Shown here one piece after another: positions 27,326-42,700 of a stretch of DNA of 64,000 bases. Position 1 is the stretch's first letter, and each line of letters begins with the position of its first letter. This stretch comes from Eledone cirrhosa. Its lineage: Eukaryota. Both the position numbers and the translations under genes were made by a program. Under the pieces are notes generated by a model. That model searched no databases. It was not told the origin of the DNA and saw only the letters and a list, made by a program, of their open reading frames with translations. Location of the stretch: the NCBI GenBank assembly GCA_964016885.1, contig CAXHJY010000346.1, positions 68,001-132,000 on the forward strand, read 5' to 3'.

Positions 27326-30300
27326 CTATTGATTTTACGGAGATATCTTGCTGGAATTCACGCCACACATAGCCAATGAGTGTCTGCACATGTACCAGTA
27401 ATTACAGATCGATCCGACCACGGGCGGCCGGCCCGCGATTGAAAAGGTAACTCCGCCGGCAAATCGTCATTTTTGGATTCGTTTTCTTCGAAGCACACCA
27501 TTTGCCGGCGGACTTTGCTGACGTTTAACACGGTTTGGTTCCACAGCCACAACTATTGATTTTACGGAGATATCTTGCTGGAATTCACGCCACACATAGC
27601 CAATGAGTGTCTGCACATGTACCAGTAATTACAGATCGATCCGACCACGGGCGGCCGGCCCGCGATTGAAAAGGTAACTCCGCCGGCAAATCGTCATTTT
27701 TGGATTCGTTTTCTTCGAAGCACACCATTCGCCGGCGGACTTTGTTGACGTTTAACACGGTTTGGTTCCACAGCCACAACTATTGATTTTACGGAGATAT
27801 CTTGCTGAAATTCACGCCACCCATAGCCAATGAGTGTCTGCACATGTACCAGTAATTACAGATCGATCCGACCACGGGCGGCCGGCCCGCGATTGGAAAG
27901 GTAACTCCGCCGGCAAATCGTCATTTTTGGATTCGTTTTCTTCGAAGCACACCATTCGCCGGCGGACTTTGCTGACGTTTAACACGGTTTGGTTCCACAG
28001 CCACAACTATTGATTTTACGGAGATATCTTGCTGAAATTCACGCCACACATAGCCAATGAGTGTCTGCACATGTACCAGTAATTACAGATCGATCCGACC
28101 ACGGGCGGCCGGCCCGCGATTGAAAAGGTAACTCCGCCGGCAAATCGTCATTTTTGGATTCGTTTTCTTCGAAGCACACCATTCGCCGGCGGACTTTGCT
28201 GACGTTTAACACGGTTTGGTTCCACAGCCACAACTATTGATTTTACGGAGATATCTTGCTGGAATTCACGCCACACATAGCCAATGAGTGTCTGCACATG
28301 TACCAGTAATTACAGATCGATCCGACCACGGGCGGCCGGCCCGCGATTGAAAAGGTAACTCCGCCGGCAAATCGTCATTTTTGGATTCGTTTTCTTCGAA
28401 GCACACCATTCGCCGGCGGACTTTGTTGACGTTTAACACGGTTTGGTTCCACAGCCACAACTATTGATTTTACGGAGATATCTTGCTGAAATTCACGCCA
28501 CCCATAGCCAATGAGTGTCTGCACATGTACCAGTAATTACAGATCGATCCGACCACGGGCGGCCGGCCCGCGATTGAAAAGGTAACTCCGCCGGCAAATC
28601 GTCATTTTTGGATTCGTTTTCTTCGAAGCACACCATTCGCCGGCGGACTTTGCTGACGTTTAACACGGTTTGGTTCCACAGCCACAACTATTGATTTTAC
28701 GGAGATATCTTGCTGAAATTCACGCCACCCATAGCCAATGAGTGTCTGCACATCTACCAGTAATTACAGATCGATCCGACCACGGGCGGCCGGCCCGCGA
28801 TTGAAAAGGTAACTCCGCCGGCAAATCGTCATTTTTGGATTCGTTTTCTTCGAAGCACACCATTCGCCGGCGGACTTTGCTGACGTTTAACACGGTTTGG
28901 TTCCACAGCCACAACTATTGATTTTACGGAGATATCTTGCTGAAATTCACGCCACACATAGCCAATGAGTGTCTGCACATGTACCAGTAATTACAGATCG
29001 ACCCGACCACGGGCGGCCGGCCCGCGATTGAAAAGGTAACTCCGCCGGCAAATCGTCATTTTTGGATTCGTTTTCTTCGAAGCACACCATTCGCCGGCGG
29101 ACTTTGTTGACGTTTAACACGGTTTGGTTCCACAGCCACAACTATTGATTTTACGGAGATATCTTGCTGAAATTCACGCCACACATAGCCAATGAGTGTC
29201 TGCACATGTACCAGTAATTACAGATCGATCCGACCACGGGCGGCCGGGCCGCGATTGAAAAGGTAACTCCGCCGGCAAATCGTCATTTTTGGATTCGTTT
29301 TCTTCGAAGCACACCATTCGCCGGCGGACTTTGCTGACGTTTAACACGGTTTGGTTCCACAGCCACAACTATTGATTTTACGGAGATATCTTGCTGAAAT
29401 TCACGCCACACATAGCCAATGAGTGTCTGCACATGTACCAGTAATTACAGATCGATCCGACCACGGGCGGCCGGCCCGCGATTGAAAAGGTAACTCCGCC
29501 GGCAAATCGTCATTTTTGGATTCGTTTTCTTCGAAGCACACCATTTGCCGGCGGACTTTGCTGACGTTTAACACGGTTTGGTTCCACAGCCACAACTATT
29601 GATTTTACGGAGATATCTTGCTGGAATTCACGCCACACATAGCCAATGAGTGTCTGCACATGTACCAGTAATTACAGATCGATCCGACCACGGGCGGCCG
29701 GCCCGCGATTGAAAAGGTAACTCCGCCGGCAAATCGTCATTTTTGGATTCGTTTTCTTCGAAGCACACCATTCGCCGGCGGACTTTGTTGACGTTTAACA
29801 CGGTTTGGTTCCACAGCCACAACTATTGATTTTACGGAGATATCTTGCTGAAATTCACGCCACCCATAGCCAATGAGTGTCTGCACATGTACCAGTAATT
29901 ACAGATCGATCCGACCACGGGCGGCCGGCCCGCGATTGAAAAGGTAACTCCGCCGGCAAATCGTCATTTTTGGATTCGTTTTCTTCGAAGCACACCATTC
30001 GCCGGCGGACTTTGTTGACGTTTAACACGGTTTGGTTCCACAGCCACAACTATTGATTTTACGGAGATATCTTGCTGAAATTCACGCCACCCATAGCCAA
30101 TGAGTGTCTGCACATGTACCAGTAATTACAGATCGATCCGACCACGGGCGGCCGGCCCGCGATTGAAAAGGTAACTCCGCCGGCAAATCGTCATTTTTGG
30201 ATTCGTTTTCTTCGAAGCACACCATTCGCCGGCGGACTTTGCTGACGTTTAACACGGTTTGGTTCCACAACCACAACTATTGATTTTACGGAGATATCTT

Positions 30301-32092
30301 GCTGAAATTCACGCCACACATAGCCAATGAGTGTCTGCACATGTACCAGTAATTACAGATCGATCCGACCACGGGCGGCCGGCCCGCGATTGAAAAGGTA
30401 ACTCCGCCGGCAAATCGTCATTTTTGGATTCGTTTTCTTCGAAGCACACCATTCGCCGGCGGACTTTGCTGACGTTTAACACGGTTTGGTTCCACAACCA
30501 CAACTATTGATTTTACGGAGATATCTTGCTGAAATTCACGCCACACATAGCCAATGAGTGTCTGCACATGTACCAGTAATTACAGATCGATCCGACCACG
30601 GGCGGCCGGCCCGCGATTGAAAAGGTAACTCCGCCGGCAAATCGTCATTTTTGGATTCGTTTTCTTCGAAGCACACCATTCGCCGGCGGACTTTGCTGAC
30701 GTTTAACACGGTTTGGTTCCACAACCACAACTATTGATTTTACGGAGATATCTTGCTGAAATTCACGCCACACATAGCCAATGAGTGTCTGCACATGTAC
30801 CAGTAATTACAGATCGATCCGACCACGGGCGGCCGGCCCGCGATTGAAAAGGTAACTCCGCCGGCAAATCGTCATTTTTGGATTCGTTTTCTTCGAAGCA
30901 CACCATTCGCCGGCGGACTTTGTTGACGTTTAACACGGTTTGGTTCCACAGCCACAACTATTGATTTTACGGAGATATCTTGCTGAAATTCACGCCACCC
31001 ATAGCCAATGAGTGTCTGCACATGTACCAGTAATTACAGATCGATCCGACCACGGGCGGCCGGCCCGCGATTGAAAAGGTAACTCCGCCGGCAAATCGTC
31101 ATTTTTGGATTCGTTTTCTTCGAAGCACACCATTCGCCGGCGGACTTTGCTGACGTTTAACACGGTTTGGTTCCACAACCACAACTATTGATTTTACGGA
31201 GATATCTTGCTGAAATTCACGCCACACATAGCCAATGAGTGTCTGCACATGTACCAGTAATTACAGATCGATCCGACCACGGGCGGCCGGCCCGCGATTG
31301 AAAAGGTAACTCCGCCGGCAAATCGTCATTTTTGGATTCGTTTTCTTCGAAGCACACCATTCGCCGGCGGACTTTGCTGACGTTTAACACGGTTTGGTTC
31401 CACAACCACAACTATTGATTTTACGGAGATATCTTGCTGAAATTCACGCCACACATAGCCAATGAGTGTCTGCACATGTACCAGTAATTACAGATCGATC
31501 CGACCACGGGCGGCCGGCCCGCGATTGAAAAGGTAACTCCGCCGGCAAATCGTCATTTTTGGATTCGTTTTCTTCGAAGCACACCATTCGCCGGCGGACT
31601 TTGTTGACGTTTAACACGGTTTGGTTCCACAGCCACAACTATTGATTTTACGGAGATATCTTGCTGAAATTCACGCCACCCATAGCCAATGAGTGTCTGC
31701 ACATGTACCAGTAATTACAGATCGATCCGACCACGGGCGGCCGGCCCGCGATTGAAAAGGTAACTCCGCCGGCAAATCGTCATTTTTGGATTCGTTTTCT
31801 TCGAAGCACACCATTCACCGGCGGACTTTGCTGACGTTTAACACGGTTTGGTTCCACAGCCACAACTATTGATTTTACGGAGATATCTTGCTGAAATTCA
31901 CGCCACCCATAGCCAATGAGTGTCTGCACATCTACCAGTAATTACAGATCGATCCGACCACGGGCGGCCGGGCCGCGATTGAAAAGGTAACTCCGCCGGC
32001 AAATCGTCATTTTTGGATTCGTTTTCTTCGAAGCACACCATTCGCCGGCGGACTTTGTTGACGTTTAACACGGTTTGGTTCCACAGCCACAA
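20774..32092. repeat. Block of about 15 monomers (20774-24146) repeated at 28720-32092; offset 35 monomers + 1 bp (7946 bp)
   Basis: gaccc (21001/28947), gggcc (21228/29174), atttg (21455/29401) and the catct+gggcc monomer (23952/31898) all recur at +7946. Confidence 0.8.
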
Positions 32093-33713
32093 CTATTGAT
32101 TTTACGGAGATATCTTGCTGAAATTCACGCCACCCATAGCCAATGAGTGTCTGCACATGTACCAGTAATTACAGATCGATCCGACCACGGGCGGCCGGCC
32201 CGCGATTGAAAAGGTAACTCCGCCGGCAAATCGTCATTTTTGGATTCGTTTTCTTCGAAGCACACCATTTGCCGGCGGACTTTGCTGACGTTTAACACGG
32301 TTTGGTTCCACAGCCACAACTATTGATTTTACGGAGATATCTTGCTGGAATTCACGCCACACATAGCCAATGAGTGTCTGCACATGTACCAGTAATTACA
32401 GATCGATCCGACCACGGGCGGCCGGCCCGCGATTGAAAAGGTAACTCCGCCGGCAAATCGTCATTTTTGGATTCGTTTTCTTCGAAGCACACCATTCGCC
32501 GGCGGACTTTGTTGACGTTTAACACGGTTTGGTTCCACAGCCACAACTATTGATTTTACGGAGATATCTTGCTGAAATTCACGCCACACATAGCCAATGA
32601 GTGTCTGCACATGTACCAGTAATTACAGATCGATCCGACCACGGGCGGCCGGCCCGCGATTGAAAAGGTAACTCCGCCGGCAAATCGTCATTTTTGGATT
32701 CGTTTTCTTCGAAGCACACCATTTGCCGGCGGACTTTGCTGACGTTTAACACGGTTTGGTTCCACAGCCACAACTATTGATTTTACGGAGATATCTTGCT
32801 GGAATTCACGCCACACATAGCCAATGAGTGTCTGCACATGTACCAGTAATTACAGATCGATCCGACCACGGGCGGCCGGCCCGCGATTGAAAAGGTAACT
32901 CCGCCGGCAAATCGTCATTTTTGGATTCGTTTTCTTCGAAGCACACCATTCGCCGGCGGACTTTGTTGACGTTTAACACGGTTTGGTTCCACAGCCACAA
33001 CTATTGATTTTACGGAGATATCTTGCTGAAATTCACGCCACCCATAGCCAATGAGTGTCTGCACATGTACCAGTAATTACAGATCGATCCGACCACGGGC
33101 GGCCGGCCCGCGATTGAAAAGGTAACTCCGCCGGCAAATCGTCATTTTTGGATTCGTTTTCTTCGAAGCACACCATTCGCCGGCGGACTTTGCTGACGTT
33201 TAACACGGTTTGGTTCCACAACCACAACTATTGATTTTACGGAGATATCTTGCTGAAATTCACGCCACACATAGCCAATGAGTGTCTGCACATGTACCAG
33301 TAATTACAGATCGATCCGACCACGGGCGGCCGGCCCGCGATTGAAAAGGTAACTCCGCCGGCAAATCGTCATTTTTGGATTCGTTTTCTTCGAAGCACAC
33401 CATTCGCCGGCGGACTTTGTTGACGTTTAACACGGTTTGGTTCCACAGCCACAACTATTGATTTTACGGAGATATCTTGCTGAAATTCACGCCACCCATA
33501 GCCAATGAGTGTCTGCACATGTACCAGTAATTACAGATCGATCCGACCACGGGCGGCCGGCCCGCGATTGAAAAGGTAACTCCGCCGGCAAATCGTCATT
33601 TTTGGATTCGTTTTCTTCGAAGCACACCATTCGCCGGCGGACTTTGCTGACGTTTAACACGGTTTGGTTCCACAGCCACAACTATTGATTTTACGGAGAT
33701 ATCTTGCTGAAAT

Positions 33714-36700
33714 TCACGCCACCCATAGCCAATGAGTGTCTGCACATCTACCAGTAATTACAGATCGATCCGACCACGGGCGGCCGGGCCGCGATTGAAA
33801 AGGTAACTCCGCCGGCAAATCGTCATTTTTGGATTCGTTTTCTTCGAAGCACACCATTCGCCGGCGGACTTTGTTGACGTTTAACACGGTTTGGTTCCAC
33901 AGCCACAACTATTGATTTTACGGAGATATCTTGCTGAAATTCACGCCACCCATAGCCAATGAGTGTCTGCACATGTACCAGTAATTACAGATCGATCCGA
34001 CCACGGGCGGCCGGCCCGCGATTGGAAAGGTAACTCCGCCGGCAAATCGTCATTTTTGGATTCGTTTTCTTCGAAGCACACCATTCGCCGGCGGACTTTG
34101 CTGACGTTTAACACGGTTTGGTTCCACAGCCACAACTATTGATTTTACGGAGATATCTTGCTGAAATTCACGCCACACATAGCCAATGAGTGTCTGCACA
34201 TGTACCAGTAATTACAGATCGATCCGACCACGGGCGGCCGGCCCGCGATTGAAAAGGTAACTCCGCCGGCAAATCGTCATTTTTGGATTCGTTTTCTTCG
34301 AAGCACACCATTTGCCGGCGGACTTTGCTGACGTTTAACACGGTTTGGTTCCACAGCCACAACTATTGATTTTACGGAGATATCTTGCTGGAATTCACGC
34401 CACACATAGCCAATGAGTGTCTGCACATGTACCAGTAATTACAGATCGATCCGACCACGGGCGGCCGGCCCGCGATTGAAAAGGTAACTCCGCCGGCAAA
34501 TCGTCATTTTTGGATTCGTTTTCTTCGAAGCACACCATTCGCCGGCGGACTTTGTTGACGTTTAACACGGTTTGGTTCCACAGCCACAACTATTGATTTT
34601 ACGGAGATATCTTGCTGAAATTCACGCCACCCATAGCCAATGAGTGTCTGCACATGTACCAGTAATTACAGATCGATCCGACCACGGGCGGCCGGCCCGC
34701 GATTGAAAAGGTAACTCCGCCGGCAAATCGTCATTTTTGGATTCGTTTTCTTCGAAGCACACCATTCGCCGGCGGACTTTGTTGACGTTTAACACGGTTT
34801 GGTTCCACAGCCACAACTATTGATTTTACGGAGATATCTTGCTGAAATTCACGCCACCCATAGCCAATGAGTGTCTGCACATGTACCAGTAATTACAGAT
34901 CGATCCGACCACGGGCGGCCGGCCCGCGATTGAAAAGGTAACTCCGCCGGCAAATCGTCATTTTTGGATTCGTTTTCTTCGAAGCACACCATTCGCCGGC
35001 GGACTTTGCTGACGTTTAACACGGTTTGGTTCCACAACCACAACTATTGATTTTACGGAGATATCTTGCTGAAATTCACGCCACACATAGCCAATGAGTG
35101 TCTGCACATGTACCAGTAATTACAGATCGATCCGACCACGGGCGGCCGGCCCGCGATTGAAAAGGTAACTCCGCCGGCAAATCGTCATTTTTGGATTCGT
35201 TTTCTTCGAAGCACACCATTCGCCGGCGGACTTTGCTGACGTTTAACACGGTTTGGTTCCACAACCACAACTATTGATTTTACGGAGATATCTTGCTGAA
35301 ATTCACGCCACACATAGCCAATGAGTGTCTGCACATGTACCAGTAATTACAGATCGATCCGACCACGGGCGGCCGGCCCGCGATTGAAAAGGTAACTCCG
35401 CCGGCAAATCGTCATTTTTGGATTCGTTTTCTTCGAAGCACACCATTTGCCGGCGGACTTTGCTGACGTTTAACACGGTTTGGTTCCACAGCCACAACTA
35501 TTGATTTTACGGAGATATCTTGCTGGAATTCACGCCACACATAGCCAATGAGTGTCTGCACATGTACCAGTAATTACAGATCGATCCGACCACGGGCGGC
35601 CGGCCCGCGATTGAAAAGGTAACTCCGCCGGCAAATCGTCATTTTTGGATTCGTTTTCTTCGAAGCACACCATTCGCCGGCGGACTTTGTTGACGTTTAA
35701 CACGGTTTGGTTCCACAGCCACAACTATTGATTTTACGGAGATATCTTGCTGAAATTCACGCCACCCATAGCCAATGAGTGTCTGCACATGTACCAGTAA
35801 TTACAGATCGATCCGACCACGGGCGGCCGGCCCGCGATTGAAAAGGTAACTCCGCCGGCAAATCGTCATTTTTGGATTCGTTTTCTTCGAAGCACACCAT
35901 TCGCCGGCGGACTTTGCTGACGTTTAACACGGTTTGGTTCCACAACCACAACTATTGATTTTACGGAGATATCTTGCTGAAATTCACGCCACACATAGCC
36001 AATGAGTGTCTGCACATGTACCAGTAATTACAGATCGATCCGACCACGGGCGGCCGGCCCGCGATTGAAAAGGTAACTCCGCCGGCAAATCGTCATTTTT
36101 GGATTCGTTTTCTTCGAAGCACACCATTCGCCGGCGGACTTTGTTGACGTTTAACACGGTTTGGTTCCACAGCCACAACTATTGATTTTACGGAGATATC
36201 TTGCTGAAATTCACGCCACCCATAGCCAATGAGTGTCTGCACATGTACCAGTAATTACAGATCGATCCGACCACGGGCGGCCGGCCCGCGATTGAAAAGG
36301 TAACTCCGCCGGCAAATCGTCATTTTTGGATTCGTTTTCTTCGAAGCACACCATTCGCCGGCGGACTTTGCTGACGTTTAACACGGTTTGGTTCCACAGC
36401 CACAACTATTGATTTTACGGAGATATCTTGCTGAAATTCACGCCACCCATAGCCAATGAGTGTCTGCACATCTACCAGTAATTACAGATCGATCCGACCA
36501 CGGGCGGCCGGGCCGCGATTGAAAGGTAACTCCGCCGGCAAATCGTCATTTTTGGATTCGTTTTCTTCGAAGCACACCATTCGCCGGCGGACTTTGTTGA
36601 CGTTTAACACGGTTTGGTTCCACAGCCACAACTATTGATTTTACGGAGATATCTTGCTGAAATTCACGCCACCCATAGCCAATGAGTGTCTGCACATGTA

Positions 36701-39700
36701 CCAGTAATTACAGATCGATCCGACCACGGGCGGCCGGCCCGCGATTGGAAAGGTAACTCCGCCGGCAAATCGTCATTTTTGGATTCGTTTTCTTCGAAGC
36801 ACACCATTCGCCGGCGGACTTTGCTGACGTTTAACACGGTTTGGTTCCACAGCCACAACTATTGATTTTACGGAGATATCTTGCTGAAATTCACGCCACA
36901 CATAGCCAATGAGTGTCTGCACATGTACCAGTAATTACAGATCGATCCGACCACGGGCGGCCGGCCCGCGATTGAAAAGGTAACTCCGCCGGCAAATCGT
37001 CATTTTTGGATTCGTTTTCTTCGAAGCACACCATTTGCCGGCGGACTTTGCTGACGTTTAACACGGTTTGGTTCCACAGCCACAACTATTGATTTTACGG
37101 AGATATCTTGCTGGAATTCACGCCACACATAGCCAATGAGTGTCTGCACATGTACCAGTAATTACAGATCGATCCGACCACGGGCGGCCGGCCCGCGATT
37201 GAAAAGGTAACTCCGCCGGCAAATCGTCATTTTTGGATTCGTTTTCTTCGAAGCACACCATTCGCCGGCGGACTTTGTTGACGTTTAACACGGTTTGGTT
37301 CCACAGCCACAACTATTGATTTTACGGAGATATCTTGCTGAAATTCACGCCACCCATAGCCAATGAGTGTCTGCACATGTACCAGTAATTACAGATCGAT
37401 CCGACCACGGGCGGCCGGCCCGCGATTGAAAAGGTAACTCCGCCGGCAAATCGTCATTTTTGGATTCGTTTTCTTCGAAGCACACCATTCGCCGGCGGAC
37501 TTTGTTGACGTTTAACACGGTTTGGTTCCACAGCCACAACTATTGATTTTACGGAGATATCTTGCTGAAATTCACGCCACCCATAGCCAATGAGTGTCTG
37601 CACATGTACCAGTAATTACAGATCGATCCGACCACGGGCGGCCGGCCCGCGATTGAAAAGGTAACTCCGCCGGCAAATCGTCATTTTTGGATTCGTTTTC
37701 TTCGAAGCACACCATTCGCCGGCGGACTTTGCTGACGTTTAACACGGTTTGGTTCCACAACCACAACTATTGATTTTACGGAGATATCTTGCTGAAATTC
37801 ACGCCACACATAGCCAATGAGTGTCTGCACATGTACCAGTAATTACAGATCGATCCGACCACGGGCGGCCGGCCCGCGATTGAAAAGGTAACTCCGCCGG
37901 CAAATCGTCATTTTTGGATTCGTTTTCTTCGAAGCACACCATTCGCCGGCGGACTTTGCTGACGTTTAACACGGTTTGGTTCCACAACCACAACTATTGA
38001 TTTTACGGAGATATCTTGCTGAAATTCACGCCACACATAGCCAATGAGTGTCTGCACATGTACCAGTAATTACAGATCGATCCGACCACGGGCGGCCGGC
38101 CCGCGATTGAAAAGGTAACTCCGCCGGCAAATCGTCATTTTTGGATTCGTTTTCTTCGAAGCACACCATTCGCCGGCGGACTTTGTTGACGTTTAACACG
38201 GTTTGGTTCCACAGCCACAACTATTGATTTTACGGAGATATCTTGCTGAAATTCACGCCACCCATAGCCAATGAGTGTCTGCACATGTACCAGTAATTAC
38301 AGATCGATCCGACCACGGGCGGCCGGCCCGCGATTGAAAAGGTAACTCCGCCGGCAAATCGTCATTTTTGGATTCGTTTTCTTCGAAGCACACCATTCGC
38401 CGGCGGACTTTGCTGACGTTTAACACGGTTTGGTTCCACAACCACAACTATTGATTTTACGGAGATATCTTGCTGAAATTCACGCCACACATAGCCAATG
38501 AGTGTCTGCACATGTACCAGTAATTACAGATCGATCCGACCACGGGCGGCCGGCCCGCGATTGAAAAGGTAACTCCGCCGGCAAATCGTCATTTTTGGAT
38601 TCGTTTTCTTCGAAGCACACCATTCGCCGGCGGACTTTGCTGACGTTTAACACGGTTTGGTTCCACAACCACAACTATTGATTTTACGGAGATATCTTGC
38701 TGAAATTCACGCCACACATAGCCAATGAGTGTCTGCACATGTACCAGTAATTACAGATCGATCCGACCACGGGCGGCCGGCCCGCGATTGAAAAGGTAAC
38801 TCCGCCGGCAAATCGTCATTTTTGGATTCGTTTTCTTCGAAGCACACCATTCGCCGGCGGACTTTGTTGACGTTTAACACGGTTTGGTTCCACAGCCACA
38901 ACTATTGATTTTACGGAGATATCTTGCTGAAATTCACGCCACCCATAGCCAATGAGTGTCTGCACATGTACCAGTAATTACAGATCGATCCGACCACGGG
39001 CGGCCGGCCCGCGATTGAAAAGGTAACTCCGCCGGCAAATCGTCATTTTTGGATTCGTTTTCTTCGAAGCACACCATTCGCCGGCGGACTTTGCTGACGT
39101 TTAACACGGTTTGGTTCCACAGCCACAACTATTGATTTTACGGAGATATCTTGCTGAAATTCACGCCACCCATAGCCAATGAGTGTCTGCACATCTACCA
39201 GTAATTACAGATCGATCCGACCACGGGCGGCCGGGCCGCGATTGAAAAGGTAACTCCGCCGGCAAATCGTCATTTTTGGATTCGTTTTCTTCGAAGCACA
39301 CCATTCGCCGGCGGACTTTGTTGACGTTTAACACGGTTTGGTTCCACAGCCACAACTATTGATTTTACGGAGATATCTTGCTGAAATTCACGCCACCCAT
39401 AGCCAATGAGTGTCTGCACATCTACCAGTAATTACAGATCGATCCGACCACGGGCGGCCGGGCCGCGATTGAAAAGGTAACTCCGCCGGCAAATCGTCAT
39501 TTTTGGATTCGTTTTCTTCGAAGCACACCATTCGCCGGCGGACTTTGTTGACGTTTAACACGGTTTGGTTCCACAGCCACAACTATTGATTTTACGGAGA
39601 TATCTTGCTGAAATTCACGCCACCCATAGCCAATGAGTGTCTGCACATGTACCAGTAATTACAGATCGATCCGACCACGGGCGGCCGGCCCGCGATTGGA

Positions 39701-42700
39701 AAGGTAACTCCGCCGGCAAATCGTCATTTTTGGATTCGTTTTCTTCGAAGCACACCATTCGCCGGCGGACTTTGCTGACGTTTAACACGGTTTGGTTCCA
39801 CAGCCACAACTATTGATTTTACGGAGATATCTTGCTGAAATTCACGCCACACATAGCCAATGAGTGTCTGCACATGTACCAGTAATTACAGATCGATCCG
39901 ACCACGGGCGGCCGGCCCGCGATTGAAAAGGTAACTCCGCCGGCAAATCGTCATTTTTGGATTCGTTTTCTTCGAAGCACACCATTTGCCGGCGGACTTT
40001 GCTGACGTTTAACACGGTTTGGTTCCACAGCCACAACTATTGATTTTACGGAGATATCTTGCTGGAATTCACGCCACACATAGCCAATGAGTGTCTGCAC
40101 ATGTACCAGTAATTACAGATCGATCCGACCACGGGCGGCCGGCCCGCGATTGAAAAGGTAACTCCGCCGGCAAATCGTCATTTTTGGATTCGTTTTCTTC
40201 GAAGCACACCATTCGCCGGCGGACTTTGTTGACGTTTAACACGGTTTGGTTCCACAGCCACAACTATTGATTTTACGGAGATATCTTGCTGAAATTCACG
40301 CCACCCATAGCCAATGAGTGTCTGCACATGTACCAGTAATTACAGATCGATCCGACCACGGGCGGCCGGCCCGCGATTGAAAAGGTAACTCCGCCGGCAA
40401 ATCGTCATTTTTGGATTCGTTTTCTTCGAAGCACACCATTCGCCGGCGGACTTTGTTGACGTTTAACACGGTTTGGTTCCACAGCCACAACTATTGATTT
40501 TACGGAGATATCTTGCTGAAATTCACGCCACCCATAGCCAATGAGTGTCTGCACATGTACCAGTAATTACAGATCGATCCGACCACGGGCGGCCGGCCCG
40601 CGATTGAAAAGGTAACTCCGCCGGCAAATCGTCATTTTTGGATTCGTTTTCTTCGAAGCACACCATTCGCCGGCGGACTTTGCTGACGTTTAACACGGTT
40701 TGGTTCCACAACCACAACTATTGATTTTACGGAGATATCTTGCTGAAATTCACGCCACACATAGCCAATGAGTGTCTGCACATGTACCAGTAATTACAGA
40801 TCGATCCGACCACGGGCGGCCGGCCCGCGATTGAAAAGGTAACTCCGCCGGCAAATCGTCATTTTTGGATTCGTTTTCTTCGAAGCACACCATTCGCCGG
40901 CGGACTTTGCTGACGTTTAACACGGTTTGGTTCCACAACCACAACTATTGATTTTACGGAGATATCTTGCTGAAATTCACGCCACACATAGCCAATGAGT
41001 GTCTGCACATGTACCAGTAATTACAGATCGATCCGACCACGGGCGGCCGGCCCGCGATTGAAAAGGTAACTCCGCCGGCAAATCGTCATTTTTGGATTCG
41101 TTTTCTTCGAAGCACACCATTTGCCGGCGGACTTTGCTGACGTTTAACACGGTTTGGTTCCACAGCCACAACTATTGATTTTACGGAGATATCTTGCTGG
41201 AATTCACGCCACACATAGCCAATGAGTGTCTGCACATGTACCAGTAATTACAGATCGATCCGACCACGGGCGGCCGGCCCGCGATTGAAAAGGTAACTCC
41301 GCCGGCAAATCGTCATTTTTGGATTCGTTTTCTTCGAAGCACACCATTCGCCGGCGGACTTTGTTGACGTTTAACACGGTTTGGTTCCACAGCCACAACT
41401 ATTGATTTTACGGAGATATCTTGCTGAAATTCACGCCACCCATAGCCAATGAGTGTCTGCACATGTACCAGTAATTACAGATCGATCCGACCACGGGCGG
41501 CCGGCCCGCGATTGAAAAGGTAACTCCGCCGGCAAATCGTCATTTTTGGATTCGTTTTCTTCGAAGCACACCATTCGCCGGCGGACTTTGCTGACGTTTA
41601 ACACGGTTTGGTTCCACAACCACAACTATTGATTTTACGGAGATATCTTGCTGAAATTCACGCCACACATAGCCAATGAGTGTCTGCACATGTACCAGTA
41701 ATTACAGATCGATCCGACCACGGGCGGCCGGCCCGCGATTGAAAAGGTAACTCCGCCGGCAAATCGTCATTTTTGGATTCGTTTTCTTCGAAGCACACCA
41801 TTCGCCGGCGGACTTTGTTGACGTTTAACACGGTTTGGTTCCACAGCCACAACTATTGATTTTACGGAGATATCTTGCTGAAATTCACGCCACCCATAGC
41901 CAATGAGTGTCTGCACATGTACCAGTAATTACAGATCGATGCGACCACGGGCGGCCGGCCCGCGATTGAAAAGGTAACTCCGCCGGCAAATCGTCATTTT
42001 TGGATTCGTTTTCTTCGAAGCACACCATTCGCCGGCGGACTTTGCTGACGTTTAACACGGTTTGGTTCCACAGCCACAACTATTGATTTTACGGAGATAT
42101 CTTGCTGAAATTCACGCCACCCATAGCCAATGAGTGTCTGCACATCTACCAGTAATTACAGATCGATCCGACCACGGGCGGCCGGGCCGCGATTGAAAAG
42201 GTAACTCCGCCGGCAAATCGTCATTTTTGGATTCGTTTTCTTCGAAGCACACCATTCGCCGGCGGACTTTGTTGACGTTTAACACGGTTTGGTTCCACAG
42301 CCACAACTATTGATTTTACGGAGATATCTTGCTGAAATTCACGCCACCCATAGCCAATGAGTGTCTGCACATGTACCAGTAATTACAGATCGATCCGACC
42401 ACGGGCGGCCGGCCCGCGATTGGAAAGGTAACTCCGCCGGCAAATCGTCATTTTTGGATTCGTTTTCTTCGAAGCACACCATTCGCCGGCGGACTTTGCT
42501 GACGTTTAACACGGTTTGGTTCCACAGCCACAACTATTGATTTTACGGAGATATCTTGCTGAAATTCACGCCACACATAGCCAATGAGTGTCTGCACATG
42601 TACCAGTAATTACAGATCGATCCGACCACGGGCGGCCGGCCCGCGATTGAAAAGGTAACTCCGCCGGCAAATCGTCATTTTTGGATTCGTTTTCTTCGAA

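Noticed and set aside
36456-36638. Unique 60-aa plus-strand ORF
   Set aside because: Created only by the 1-bp deletion near 36522 in one monomer.
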